IMG/VR virus record: IMGVR_UViG_3300042274_000144 | Location: 1 to 64,000 of that record | Source of the DNA: a virus | Taxonomy: Duplodnaviria > Caudoviricetes | Strand: one strand, 5' to 3' | DNA length: 64,000 bases | Shown here: positions 55,154 to 64,000 of the stretch, piece by piece | Layout: the number at the start of each line of letters is the position of its first letter | Position numbering within the stretch: position 1 is the stretch's first letter | Made by a program: the position numbers and the translations under genes | The notes under the pieces: generated by a model | Told to the model about the DNA's origin: nothing | The model's database searches: none | Seen by the model: the letters and a program-made list of their open reading frames with translations, nothing else

Positions 55154-55594
55154 CTACCCCTCCCTCACCGCTTGGACGGCATTTATCGCTCCAACCATCT
55201 GATTGTAATTATCAGCCGGAAGCAAGATAGCCCCATCGCAGGCCACCAATGACACCCCCTCAAAACATTCCCTTACCGCTTCAATGCACTGAGATAGTTG
55301 TGCGCGGAGTTGCAAGCTTTCTGTTTTTCTGTGCTCTACCCACCTCCGCAGCTCCTCATTTTCATGCTTCAAGACCCTATAAGGCCCTGATTCAGCGATG
55401 CACGCACATGCAACCTGTCCTTCCTCACGGTTTTCATTCCATCCATAAGTAGTGTATGGGGTTCCATCATCTTTATACTCAAGGCACTCATCACACACCT
55501 TTGACTGTAGCTTTTCATTCTCCCGCTCCAACTTCGCTACCTTATCGCGCATGACTTGCATCTCGTATTCAGTGTAAGGCTCTCTGTTTACCAT
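55154..55594 (-). CDS. Coiled-coil hypothetical protein
   Basis: 146 aa with CDEC and CAC. Confidence 0.6.
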   Translation of the reverse strand: MVNREPYTEYEMQVMRDKVAKLERENEKLQSKVCDECLEYKDDGTPYTTYGWNENREEGQVACACIAESGPYRVLKHENEELRRWVEHRKTESLQLRAQLSQCIEAVRECFEGVSLVACDGAILLPADNYNQMVGAINAVQAVREG

Positions 55595-55607
55595 CCTATC
55601 TCCCCTC

Positions 55608-55829
55608 TCAACACACCATCGTTTTCATTTCATGCCCACACTTGCGGCATTTGCTTGTAAACTTAAATGCCCAACTGTTTATAGGGAGGATAGCGCGCCC
55701 CAGGCTCAACTCCCGCGCACCGCAGTTGTGACAAGTTAGCGGATTCCCCGAAATCACAGCTTCAACATCCATAGTACAAGTATCCGGCAACTGCTCTTTT
55801 GATATATCCATGTCACGATCCTTCCGCAT
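55608..55829 (-). CDS. Small zinc-ribbon protein
   Basis: CHNC...CRKC. Confidence 0.5.
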   Translation of the reverse strand: MRKDRDMDISKEQLPDTCTMDVEAVISGNPLTCHNCGARELSLGRAILPINSWAFKFTSKCRKCGHEMKTMVC

Positions 55830-56241
55830 CTAACATCTCTGCTGCAACAACTAATTGTGGGGCAAACCAGCCCTTGCATCTTCGGCAGTGAGTTATCGGT
55901 TTGCCTTTACGTTTAGTTCTGCCGCACTCAAGGTCAGAGCTTCCGCAGTCTGGACATCGTGACAGTCCTTGCATAACGGGACAGCTCACCTCACCACCCC
56001 CCTGGCCCTCCCAGAAGGAGTCAATATCGTCATTTCCCCCATCGAACACCCATTCAGGACACAATCCTCTATACCTCTGCAATTCGATGCCCTTACCATC
56101 TCTCCGTACATCTTCAGAGAAATCATCCCAACCATCCCATGCTTGCGTTCCATCTATATCCATAAACCTATCGACGGATGTGTCCCAAAAAGAGAACCTG
56201 TACCCTATCCCTTGCCCTCTAATGTCTACAAAGCGTTTCAT
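55813..56241 (-). CDS. Phage hypothetical protein with C-terminal zinc ribbon
   Basis: FVDIRGQ...FSFWDT..DRF; CPDC...CRRC. Confidence 0.6.
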   Translation of the reverse strand: MKRFVDIRGQGIGYRFSFWDTSVDRFMDIDGTQAWDGWDDFSEDVRRDGKGIELQRYRGLCPEWVFDGGNDDIDSFWEGQGGGEVSCPVMQGLSRCPDCGSSDLECGRTKRKGKPITHCRRCKGWFAPQLVVAAEMLDAEGS

Positions 56242-56243
56242 AT

Positions 56244-58007
56244 CTACCTCACCACTTCCTCAACAAAGCGGGATACCGGGTTTTCATACACAACCTTGCG
56301 CCCACCCTCATACTCTTTTTCTGTCCGAGTTGGGCGCGAGGTAATGTAGAGCTGCTTTTTTGCCCTGGTCAGCGCGACGTATGCCAAGCGCCGTTCTTCC
56401 TCGATACCGTCTTCGGTTTTCCCCGCTTGTTTCGATGGCAATATGCCTTCATTCCACCCGGCAAGAACCACATCATCGAACTCAAGGCCCTTAGCGGCGT
56501 GAATGGTCATAAGCTGAACGCCTGATTCGCTCTCTAAGGCGTTCTTTTCGTCCTGAACCTCATACAGGGCCAACCAGTCGAGAAATGCGCCCACAGTGGC
56601 AAATGGGTTGCGATCCACGCGTTTTTGCACAAACTCTGCGGTCTCATCGCACGCCTGCCCGTACTGGATGAACATGTCCACAACTTCGGGCCAGACATCG
56701 CCCATGCAGTCGGTGTCGCTAAATGCGCGAAAAGTATCTACAGCCGGTGTTTCTGGTGCTGCCTCATAATGTGCCACTCCCTGGCGTGCTGCCTCAGTCC
56801 TTACTTCGGCAAATGAACGCTCCCCAAGCAGAACATCCTTGCACAGCAGAAAGCTGAAGTTGTCACGCGGGTTACGCATGAGCTTCAGGGGCGCGATCAT
56901 GCGCCGAAACGCCTCGGTGCGGGTGATTTCTGATTGCTTGCCTACGCGCACGCACGGAACACCCTGCTCTTGCAACTGAGCTTCCAACGTCTGCAACAGG
57001 ATGTGATTTCGGGCCAGCACCGCGCAGCCGCCGTTATTGGCGCTGTTTTCTTTTATGAATCCGGCCAGCAGCTCGCTATCCATGCCACTTTTGTACTTGA
57101 CAGCCTGCCCGCCCGTATCTTCAACCATGGCTTGCATGGTCAGACGCAGACGCTTTTGATTGTGCTCGATGAGTCGATTAGCCGCATCGACTATTTCCGG
57201 ATGGCAACGGTAATTGTTTTCGAGCCGAAACACGTCGAACGTGCCTTCATGGTCGATGATGTGTTCTGGAATGGCTCCGCGAAAACTGTATATGGCCTGC
57301 GATGGATCAGCCACGGCAAACAGCGCACGTGATTCGGTGAGGGTTTCAACGATGCTCCACTGCAGCGTATCAATGTCCTGGGCTTCATCAACGAGCACAT
57401 GCCGCCAGTGAGTGAACTGGTTGATAATGCCCTCATCAACAAGCCTATCCAGCCCGTGAATTAACCCCGAGTACGTCACGGAGTTGTTTTCCAGGCACCG
57501 GCGATGGAACGTGGTGAAAAGATCGTGCAATATTGTATCGGTGTCAGCCCCGGGTGCTTCGCCCGTCTGATCAAAGCGGTTAAACATTGCCATGATGGTC
57601 TTTTTTGCGGGCTTCCAGGTCTTACCCTTGCGCAATATCCCCAGGTCGGCAGCCACATCGCGCAACAGCACATCAAATTCAAAATCTGAGTATACCGTGA
57701 AGTTTTGGCGCAACCCGACATATTCCGGGAACCGCTGCAACATGCTTAGCGCTATGCCGTGCATGGTGGATAGATACACACCGTTTGCCTTCGGCCCGAT
57801 CCTCTCCTGCAGGCGTTCGCGCATTTCGTTGGCTGCCTGCCGCGTAAAGGTGAATGCAAGTATTTCTGATGGTGCAACGTGCTTCTCCTCGATGAGATAC
57901 ACAATGCGCTCAATCAGCACCCTTGTTTTTCCCGACCCTGCACCGGCAAGTACCAGGGCGCGGCTCGACTCTGTTTCTACCGCTGCTTTCTGTTCTGCGT
58001 TTAACAT
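56244..58007 (-). CDS. uvrD: UvrD/PcrA superfamily-1 helicase
   Basis: LAGAGSGKT, FTRQAA, VDEAQD, DPSQAIYSFRGA, NYR, TIHAAKGLEF, EERRLAYVALTRA. Confidence 0.95.
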   Translation of the reverse strand: MLNAEQKAAVETESSRALVLAGAGSGKTRVLIERIVYLIEEKHVAPSEILAFTFTRQAANEMRERLQERIGPKANGVYLSTMHGIALSMLQRFPEYVGLRQNFTVYSDFEFDVLLRDVAADLGILRKGKTWKPAKKTIMAMFNRFDQTGEAPGADTDTILHDLFTTFHRRCLENNSVTYSGLIHGLDRLVDEGIINQFTHWRHVLVDEAQDIDTLQWSIVETLTESRALFAVADPSQAIYSFRGAIPEHIIDHEGTFDVFRLENNYRCHPEIVDAANRLIEHNQKRLRLTMQAMVEDTGGQAVKYKSGMDSELLAGFIKENSANNGGCAVLARNHILLQTLEAQLQEQGVPCVRVGKQSEITRTEAFRRMIAPLKLMRNPRDNFSFLLCKDVLLGERSFAEVRTEAARQGVAHYEAAPETPAVDTFRAFSDTDCMGDVWPEVVDMFIQYGQACDETAEFVQKRVDRNPFATVGAFLDWLALYEVQDEKNALESESGVQLMTIHAAKGLEFDDVVLAGWNEGILPSKQAGKTEDGIEEERRLAYVALTRAKKQLYITSRPTRTEKEYEGGRKVVYENPVSRFVEEVVR

Positions 58008-58052
58008 ACCTCTTCTCCTTATCTCCTCTGCCTAAAATAGCTATCCGTGTTT

Positions 58053-58080
58053 ATTCTACATAATTATATCTTCATGGCAA
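58053..58080 (-). promoter_or_regulatory. Candidate sigma70 promoter upstream of the helicase
   Basis: TTGCCA-16-TAGAAT on the minus strand. Confidence 0.45.
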
Positions 58081-58232
58081 GCGCGTTTTTCTTCTTTCTG
58101 TTGGATTGGGGTGTTTGCATACACCATCAAGCACAAGGCATTGCCGCCCCTTCACTCTCCCGGCAGCACAAAACTTAGCGCAAAACGCCGGATCAATATC
58201 GTCCGGCGTTAAGGTTTTTGGTTTTTCTTCGC

Positions 58233-58754
58233 TCACTTCTGCGCCTCGGGGTAAATAAGGTCAGAAAAGTGCGGTAATCCCTCAATGAAATCACAGAATA
58301 TCTGCCAGTCCGGGTGTCGGTGTTTGCGCCTGGATTTATACATTGAGCGCAACGCCTGATAGCTGACTTGGACAATGCGGCGATACACTTTGTCCGGCAA
58401 ACCTGCCTGCTTTGCGTCCGCAAGTTCTGCCCCCTTCATCCCGCGTAGATCGTTATGCATGGCGCTGCTGGTACTAAGACATTCAACCCCGTGCCGGTAA
58501 GTCTCAAACTCGATCATCCAGCCGGTCTGCATTTCCAGGTACAGGTATGCTATAATGCCGCGCTGAAATTTGGCATGGTCTGGACCGGCCTTGATGAGTC
58601 TGGCGGCGAGGTGTAAATCGTCATCAAGTGTTGTGTTTCTCTTCTGCCGATCAAAAGGCAGGCGCATAGCCATAAAGGACTCTATCAGCCCAGTCCTAGA
58701 CATCAGCACAACTTTCAGCGGCTTATAGTGTGTCGGTGCGTACCCATCTACCAT
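58233..58754 (-). CDS. Hypothetical protein
   Basis: 173-aa ORF in the operon. Confidence 0.55.
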   Translation of the reverse strand: MVDGYAPTHYKPLKVVLMSRTGLIESFMAMRLPFDRQKRNTTLDDDLHLAARLIKAGPDHAKFQRGIIAYLYLEMQTGWMIEFETYRHGVECLSTSSAMHNDLRGMKGAELADAKQAGLPDKVYRRIVQVSYQALRSMYKSRRKHRHPDWQIFCDFIEGLPHFSDLIYPEAQK

Positions 58755-59104
58755 TTTATCGTACCTCCTCTTCCCTTATCTCCATTTAGCCACAGCATAT
58801 TTACATATGCGTAAAAGAGATTGCTTGTCGCGTCACGAAAAGCCTCTAAAATGCTACGCTTTCCGCGATCTTCCCTGAAGTGCCCCAGGTACGACACTTC
58901 CCGGACTGCAAGTGTCCCGTTGCGCGGCCAATGACTATCTCCAGCTTTTATGCCTGCCACAAAGATGCGACCTACCATTTTACAAATTTTGCGCTCGTTG
59001 AGAATGTCGCTCTGGCGCGCAAAACCTACCGAAAAACACCTATTCGCATAGACTTGGTTATCCTTCATGTAATTAATTTTGACCCTGTACCAGTGCAGCT
59101 TCAT
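58748..59104 (-). CDS. Hypothetical protein
   Basis: 118 aa, GGAG RBS. Confidence 0.55.
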   Translation of the reverse strand: MKLHWYRVKINYMKDNQVYANRCFSVGFARQSDILNERKICKMVGRIFVAGIKAGDSHWPRNGTLAVREVSYLGHFREDRGKRSILEAFRDATSNLFYAYVNMLWLNGDKGRGGTIKW

Positions 59105-59122
59105 CAGTTATGCTCCATCAAA

Positions 59123-59296
59123 TCAAAGGGAGGGGCAGCCGGTTTCTTCATTGCCTGCGCCACAGTCCCTTGCATGCTGCAGCTCTTCGTATTCGCTGAT
59201 TATTATGGCTATAACTTCATTGTTGATGCTTCTGCCAGTGGTCGAAACTACCTTATTTCTCAGTTTGGCGAGCCATTCATCTACACACCCGTCCAT
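59123..59296 (-). CDS. Arc/Mnt-like ribbon-helix-helix small protein
   Basis: 57 aa (below track cutoff), GRSINNEVIAII; start overlaps the dut stop. Confidence 0.5.
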   Translation of the reverse strand: MDGCVDEWLAKLRNKVVSTTGRSINNEVIAIIISEYEELQHARDCGAGNEETGCPSL

Positions 59297-59718
59297 CACT
59301 CTACCCCCGTATGCCCCAGGCCGTTTTCGCCGCGTGCGGTCTCTGACAGCTCATCTGCTTCAATCAGTTGAATGCGCGGCATTTCCACCACGTATGCTTG
59401 GGCTATTCGATAGCCTGAGCCTAGCCTGAAATCAAAGTCGCTGTGATTGTGCATCATCACCCTGACTTCGCCGCGATAGTCTGGGTCAATCAAGCCTTCT
59501 ACATGTATACCGTCACGACTGAAAAGCCCGGAACGTGAGATAAGATGCAGGCCGTATCCGTCTGGCAATTCAATACAAAAACCAGTGCGTACAATCTCCT
59601 TTCCGCGAGGCATTATAGTTACGCTATCGGCGGCATATACATCCATGCCAACAGCCCCGGCAGTTTTGTATTCAGGCAGCTTTACGCAATGGGGCAACTT
59701 CTTAACCCTGATCTTCAT
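59296..59718 (-). CDS. dut: dUTPase
   Basis: AVGMD, RSGL, GLIDPDYRGE, RIAQ, RGENGLGHTG. Confidence 0.95.
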   Translation of the reverse strand: MKIRVKKLPHCVKLPEYKTAGAVGMDVYAADSVTIMPRGKEIVRTGFCIELPDGYGLHLISRSGLFSRDGIHVEGLIDPDYRGEVRVMMHNHSDFDFRLGSGYRIAQAYVVEMPRIQLIEADELSETARGENGLGHTGVE

Positions 59719-59729
59719 CAAACATGCTC

Positions 59730-60179
59730 CTATACGGCAAATTTCCAACTGTTCCACTTCTCGGCAATGCCACTCATTGCACGGTATTCATCGTTGTGGT
59801 CCAGGTTTCTATCAAAGTAGTTGTGTAGCGCGTTCAACCGGCGCTGCAGGTTTCTTACTACCGCCCTCTTTTTGCCCGGCCTTTGGATTGAATCTACGTG
59901 ATTGTCTATCAGTTGTAGCAAAAAGGAAGTGTACATTCGCGCTCGAAGTCTGTGTAACCTCAAATTTACATCACAGAAATGATCAACATCACGCCCGATC
60001 CTCTCAAGCTGACGCACTGTTTTTAAGCGGTCTTTTTCGTCCTCGGCTTCCAAACCTATTATGTCGTGCATATCATCTACGCATTTCATTACCCGATCAA
60101 CAGGAATGCGGGTTCGTTTGCCTGAGTATTTTTCTTTAACCTCTTCCATCACGACCTCAACCGCAGTGATTGTAGCCAT
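59730..60179 (-). CDS. Helical hypothetical protein
   Basis: Likely start MATITAVEVV; track ORF extends to 60329. Confidence 0.55.
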   Translation of the reverse strand: MATITAVEVVMEEVKEKYSGKRTRIPVDRVMKCVDDMHDIIGLEAEDEKDRLKTVRQLERIGRDVDHFCDVNLRLHRLRARMYTSFLLQLIDNHVDSIQRPGKKRAVVRNLQRRLNALHNYFDRNLDHNDEYRAMSGIAEKWNSWKFAV

Positions 60180-60355
60180 GATGCGCCTGTCGCTCCTGCT
60201 AAGCATCGCCAACCTCCCGGCATGACCGCATGTATGCATATGCCCCACATTTAGGGCAGCGCAGCGGAACCATGCCGTGTTCATCCTCTTTACCCTGCAC
60301 CCGCCGACCTTCGTTATGTATGTGTCCACACATGCAGCACTTCACTTGTCCATCG

Positions 60356-60733
60356 TTAAGCATTGCAATAACCCCTCCTGCACACCCAGGAGGCGTAACC
60401 GTGGCGCACGGTAAACGCGTCCTGTAGTTTCCATTTCAGTATTAGCTTTTTAAGGTAAGCCGGTGAGACGCCGAGCATAAAAGCAACATCGCGCCGGATA
60501 AAACCCTGCTGCGCTAACTCGATAATGTCCTCTGGGCTCACTTTTATTTTTCTGGGCTTTTTTAGACTGAAAAGGTGTCCAAGCTGACGGTCTTTTATTA
60601 CGCTGCAAAACTGTCTTTCGGAAACCCCAAGCAGCTTTGCCGCGTGACGCTTATTGTCCGCTTTTGCGGCAACGCTGAGCACATCACTCAGCGTTATGCC
60701 GCAATACGGGAATAGCACCTCACTCCGATCCAT
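60356..60733 (-). CDS. Tandem HTH DNA-binding protein
   Basis: AAKLLGVSERQF and VAFMLGVSPAYL HTH motifs. Confidence 0.7.
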   Translation of the reverse strand: MDRSEVLFPYCGITLSDVLSVAAKADNKRHAAKLLGVSERQFCSVIKDRQLGHLFSLKKPRKIKVSPEDIIELAQQGFIRRDVAFMLGVSPAYLKKLILKWKLQDAFTVRHGYASWVCRRGYCNA

Positions 60734-61319
60734 TGCCGCCCTCCACGCGGATCATGCGCCACCCTGTTTCCTGCTCGTTGAAGTCGCGGAAAGGAAAGCA
60801 TGTATTGACGATGACCTGAGCGCCAGAGTTTGCCTCCTGGATAGCTGAGAGCATAGACCCAAGCTCAGTGCCAAGCTCCGCAGCTTCGACCACTACAACC
60901 TGGTTTTGCGCATCACATAGCAGCATGTGCGCCATGGCCGCATCAAACATCACGCGCTGACCACCTGAAAGTCCAGAATAAGGCACTGCCGCGCGCTCCA
61001 TGTTCCACGCAAAAGACAGCTTGCCGGTCTCATCGTCGATGCTCACCGCCGCATTACCGTGCGGCAAGAACATATCCAGCGCGGCCTCGATGTCGGTTAT
61101 GCTGCTGTCCATGGCCTGCGCTTTTTTCAGCTTGAGGTCTTTCAAGCTCTTGCGCAGCTCAGTTGCCTGCTTTTCAGCTTCACCAGCGGCCTGCTTTGCT
61201 TTCGCTGCACTTTCATCTATGCCAGCAGCACGATTCAAAACCCTCTCGTTTTCGCGCATGGTTTCAAGTTGCTGCTGAAGTCCAGCTTTGCGTTGTTCGA
61301 GCATTTCTATTGTGTTCAT
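60720..61319 (-). CDS. C-terminal half of a Rad50/SbcC/SMC-like ABC ATPase
   Basis: Coiled coil, then ABC signature LSGGQ and degenerate Walker B VVVVEAAE; no Walker A. Confidence 0.75.
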   Translation of the reverse strand: MNTIEMLEQRKAGLQQQLETMRENERVLNRAAGIDESAAKAKQAAGEAEKQATELRKSLKDLKLKKAQAMDSSITDIEAALDMFLPHGNAAVSIDDETGKLSFAWNMERAAVPYSGLSGGQRVMFDAAMAHMLLCDAQNQVVVVEAAELGTELGSMLSAIQEANSGAQVIVNTCFPFRDFNEQETGWRMIRVEGGNGSE

Positions 61320-61359
61320 ATCGACCTACCTTTCCTTGTTCTTATAGTCACTTACACGC

Positions 61360-61896
61360 CTATGATAAAAATCGCCGCAGACACTCATCGAACGGCAGGC
61401 GCTCTTCATTATCCCCGGCCCGGTTGCGGGAAAGCAGGTCTGCCAGCGTCCCACCTCCATGCGCGGAATGTCCGTTCTTATGCGCACGCCTTATGCGCTC
61501 CGGCAATTCGTCAAGCCCGTCCTGCCCATATCTGTCTTTCACCACGTCGCAAACCTGCTGCAGTGTTAAGCCTCTTTCGTAGCAGAACCCGTCAGCGATA
61601 GTTGTGTAAAAGTTGTATTTACCTTTATGGTAACAGAGTATATTCGCGCCATTATCCCCTCCAGGTCTTTTAGTTCCATCTTCCACCCACCTTTCCGGCT
61701 TCCGCATATCTGAAAGCGCCCGCGTCAAATCCATGCTGGAGCGTCGCAATGCGCCTGACTCTTTGGGGATCATGCAACAGTATTGTGACTTCTTACTCTG
61801 TGCCTTTTCGTACTCATCAACGCGCTGCAAAAACCGCATCGCCTCTTTCTTAGCTGCCTGTATTTTTTCAATATCTATGCTGCGCTCCTTTACCAA
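61360..61896 (-). CDS. Hypothetical protein (two fused small phage modules)
   Basis: A..EA.RFL...GALRRSSMDLTRAL module plus CYHKGKYNFYTTIADG module. Confidence 0.6.
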   Translation of the reverse strand: MVKERSIDIEKIQAAKKEAMRFLQRVDEYEKAQSKKSQYCCMIPKESGALRRSSMDLTRALSDMRKPERWVEDGTKRPGGDNGANILCYHKGKYNFYTTIADGFCYERGLTLQQVCDVVKDRYGQDGLDELPERIRRAHKNGHSAHGGGTLADLLSRNRAGDNEERLPFDECLRRFLS

Positions 61897-62094
61897 TCAT
61901 CCTACCAGTTTTTCCCTGAATTTTTCTTCAATCCAACAGTCGGTAACTGCTCCATTTTCAGCATCAACAGCAAGTGTCAGCGGAACTTCCCCGAAGTGCC
62001 TTAGATAATTAATAGCATCCTCTGGAAGTCCGGCTTTCTCACCAGCCTTAATCAAACGTTCTGGCGACAAGCTGGCATAAACATCAATCAGCAT
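61897..62094 (-). CDS. Small hypothetical protein
   Basis: 65 aa, coupled. Confidence 0.55.
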   Translation of the reverse strand: MLIDVYASLSPERLIKAGEKAGLPEDAINYLRHFGEVPLTLAVDAENGAVTDCWIEEKFREKLVG

Positions 62095-63044
62095 GACTCC
62101 ACCCTCCTCAACTCACGCTTGCAAACCATCATCGCCGGGCATGTGGCACCGCACTGCTGCGATTGCAGTACATCCATGACTTTCTGCAGGCCGCTGGATG
62201 TGTCATCAGCCTCCTCACGGTGAGCCCTTCCATCACGCTGCACGGTGTCCTGCGGCGGCTGCGGCTGTGGGTCTTCAGGGGTGCAATCATAGCTCCAGTT
62301 GTACTCGCTTTGCTGATTCTTGACCTGCTCTGCCGCATCTTCTGCTTTCCGCTGTTGCTGAGCTTCGTATGCCTCCTGCCGCGCTTTCTCCAGCTCTGTA
62401 CGCACCGTTTCAAGCTCTTCCTCGGCCTGCTTGCGCTGTGCTGTGACTTCGGCAAGCGTCATGCCCGGCAACTCCATTTCAGAACGGTCTTTTTCGAGCT
62501 GTGCCGCCATGTCGCGCTTGCTTTTTGCCAGCGCCTGAGCTTCCTTCAGATCATCGTTCGTTGAGTTGATTTCCTTGTTAAGGGATGCAACGTCGATATA
62601 CGGAGGGTAGAGCGTGAAAAGATGCTCGATCTTCTTTGTATCTGACAGACTGAAAAACGCGTGTATGTCTGCGACCTGAACTCCGGTTCCGGCAATGGCA
62701 GCGTTGAAGTCGGCCTGCTTTGCACTTGAACCGTTAATGCTGTAGCTCTGGCGCACAGAGCCGGTCTTTGTCATCGTCAGTGTGCGCTCGTATGTTTTGC
62801 CGCCGATGACTGCTCCAACGGTAATTTTATGGTCATCAGCTGCCGCCAACGCGTGGAAAATATCAGCCGGTTTCTTGCTGAGCCCCGCTGAATGCACTGT
62901 GCCTGTAAGCAGCAATTCCAGCGCCATTGTCCGGGAGCTTTTGCCGCTACCTACATTGCCGACAAAAAGCGTCTGTTTCCCTATTTTATCTTCAAAGACC
63001 AGGCCCTTGAAGTTCTCTGCGTAAATCTTTTCAACCATCTTCAC
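62088..63044 (-). CDS. N-terminal half of a Rad50/SbcC/SMC-like ABC ATPase
   Basis: ENFKG, Walker A GNVGSGKSS, YSING, coiled coil, terminal CGATC...C; no signature or Walker B. Confidence 0.8.
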   Translation of the reverse strand: MKMVEKIYAENFKGLVFEDKIGKQTLFVGNVGSGKSSRTMALELLLTGTVHSAGLSKKPADIFHALAAADDHKITVGAVIGGKTYERTLTMTKTGSVRQSYSINGSSAKQADFNAAIAGTGVQVADIHAFFSLSDTKKIEHLFTLYPPYIDVASLNKEINSTNDDLKEAQALAKSKRDMAAQLEKDRSEMELPGMTLAEVTAQRKQAEEELETVRTELEKARQEAYEAQQQRKAEDAAEQVKNQQSEYNWSYDCTPEDPQPQPPQDTVQRDGRAHREEADDTSSGLQKVMDVLQSQQCGATCPAMMVCKRELRRVESC

Positions 63045-63101
63045 ACCTCCCGTAATGGCCCGGCTCCGTCAAGAACCGGGCTCATCAAAATAACCTACTC
63101 C

Positions 63102-64000
63102 TTACACCTGCTCATCAAGGACCATGTCAATGGCCCTTAGCACAGCACCTGCCACTTGAGGGTTAACCTCCTCCTCGGTTACAGCGAGCTTTTTAAGCGC
63201 AGCCTCGTACTCACCGGCGAATTCCTTCTTAGCCACCTGCAAGTTCTGCCAGTTGCGCTTTTCCTCTTCCGTCGACTCCTCTACGTTCTCCTGTGTTTCT
63301 GCCGGAGCCGCTGCGGGCGCTTCAGCCTGTGCGCTGCCACCACTGAACAGCGCATGCTGCACTTCCGGAATGTCTTCAGCGTCTGCGCCGTCCAGAATGT
63401 CGGATTCGGTCTCAATCGTGTCTGTGCCGGAAATCACTTTAGCCGGGGGCGTGTCTGCGTCACCGCTGATAACGTTCTCAATCTGCTTGACTCCATCCAT
63501 AAACTGCGCTGCGGTAAAGCCAATATTACCGCCGTGCTCGGGGCGATATGCCGTCATTTCCACGCGCCACTGGCTCCACTTGCCGTCCTCGGGCGTTTTG
63601 TCGATTCCGAACAGATGCTTCAGCGCATTACGCTGTGCGAAGGTTTGCGCAAACTCCATGGCTTTCTTCTGGCGATTAAGTGTCTGCCCCAGGAATTTAA
63701 CAGCCTCCTCGTGTCCGGCGTTGAGATACAGCGATACGGCGAAGTCGATATTGTACTCGCACCAGAAACCATCTTCCGTAGGCGGCTGGCCCTTGGGACG
63801 CAAGCGGAAGGCTTGGGGACAATACTTTGCTTTGCCGATCATGTCAGTTTTGAGGTACGTCACCAGGTCAAACACTGCTGTACGATCAGACACTACTGGC
63901 TGACCGCCTTTGCCATACCGGAAAGCCAGCGCGCGACAGTGTACCTCGATGACATTTCCCTGCTCATCGCGGCGGCAAAACGGGTTGGGTTGCTCCACGC
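63102..64000 (-). CDS. RecT/Red-beta-like single-strand annealing protein (5' end outside window)
   Basis: FAQTFAQRNALKHLFGI resembles the conserved SSAP helix; acidic C-terminal tail; context of recombination genes. Confidence 0.5.
   Translation of the reverse strand, partial: VEQPNPFCRRDEQGNVIEVHCRALAFRYGKGGQPVVSDRTAVFDLVTYLKTDMIGKAKYCPQAFRLRPKGQPPTEDGFWCEYNIDFAVSLYLNAGHEEAVKFLGQTLNRQKKAMEFAQTFAQRNALKHLFGIDKTPEDGKWSQWRVEMTAYRPEHGGNIGFTAAQFMDGVKQIENVISGDADTPPAKVISGTDTIETESDILDGADAEDIPEVQHALFSGGSAQAEAPAAAPAETQENVEESTEEEKRNWQNLQVAKKEFAGEYEAALKKLAVTEEEVNPQVAGAVLRAIDMVLDEQV

Larger units (their letters stand above)
1..64000. mobile_element. P1-like temperate myophage (integrative), partial genome
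   Basis: Terminase, portal, protease, capsid, sheath, tube, baseplate and fibre genes in P1-like order; Dar operon; integrase plus att core; no host housekeeping genes seen. Confidence 0.92.

Noticed and set aside
1-64000. CRISPR array, rRNA, IS transposase, Cin-type invertase or cix sites
   Set aside because: No regularly spaced repeat-spacer units, rRNA-like sequence, transposase or serine recombinase motifs seen.
1-64000. P1-type plasmid maintenance genes (repA, parAB, phd/doc) and the c1 repressor
   Set aside because: None recognised in this window; they may lie outside it.

Overview
The whole window is one large temperate myophage genome segment (roughly 55% GC by eye; host not identifiable from sequence). 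Its head, tail, baseplate and antirestriction genes closely follow phage P1, but it is integrative rather than plasmid-like. It starts with the 3' end of a tyrosine integrase followed by an attP-like site whose core is the last 24 nt of a leuX-type tRNA-Leu. Layout: (1) 0.9-7.5 kb: small genes, several holin-like ORFs, terminase small subunit, terminase large subunit with a 138-aa VMA-type mini-intein inside Walker A, and a 3D-domain lysin. (2) 8.5-11.9 kb, minus strand: small early genes. (3) 12-38.5 kb: morphogenesis operon in P1 order (26-25-7-24-6-5 / 23-22-21-pmgG-bplB / pmgC-tub-pmgB-sit-pmgA-bplA-16-R-S). It ends in a complete diversity-generating retroelement (tail-fibre target with VR, hairpin, avd, TR, RT; 17 of 17 VR/TR mismatches fall at TR adenines) and a second paralogous fibre with a beta-propeller tip. 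(4) 38.6-54.4 kb: an expanded Dar-like operon (hdf, darA, a DdrA-like/ClpP fusion, an InPase + 2H/Acb1-like polyprotein, darB, ulx), then portal and prohead protease. (5) 54.4-64 kb, minus strand: HU, UvrD, dUTPase, a split Rad50/SbcC-like ATPase and a RecT-like protein cut by the window edge. The strongest novel signal is a recurrent [IVM][FL]E[SA]x motif in the capsid, core, portal and protease that also sits at domain boundaries of the Dar-operon proteins. This suggests head-packaged polyproteins cut into injected anti-defence enzymes. All family assignments come from motif recognition and recalled P1 gene order and sequences, not database searches.
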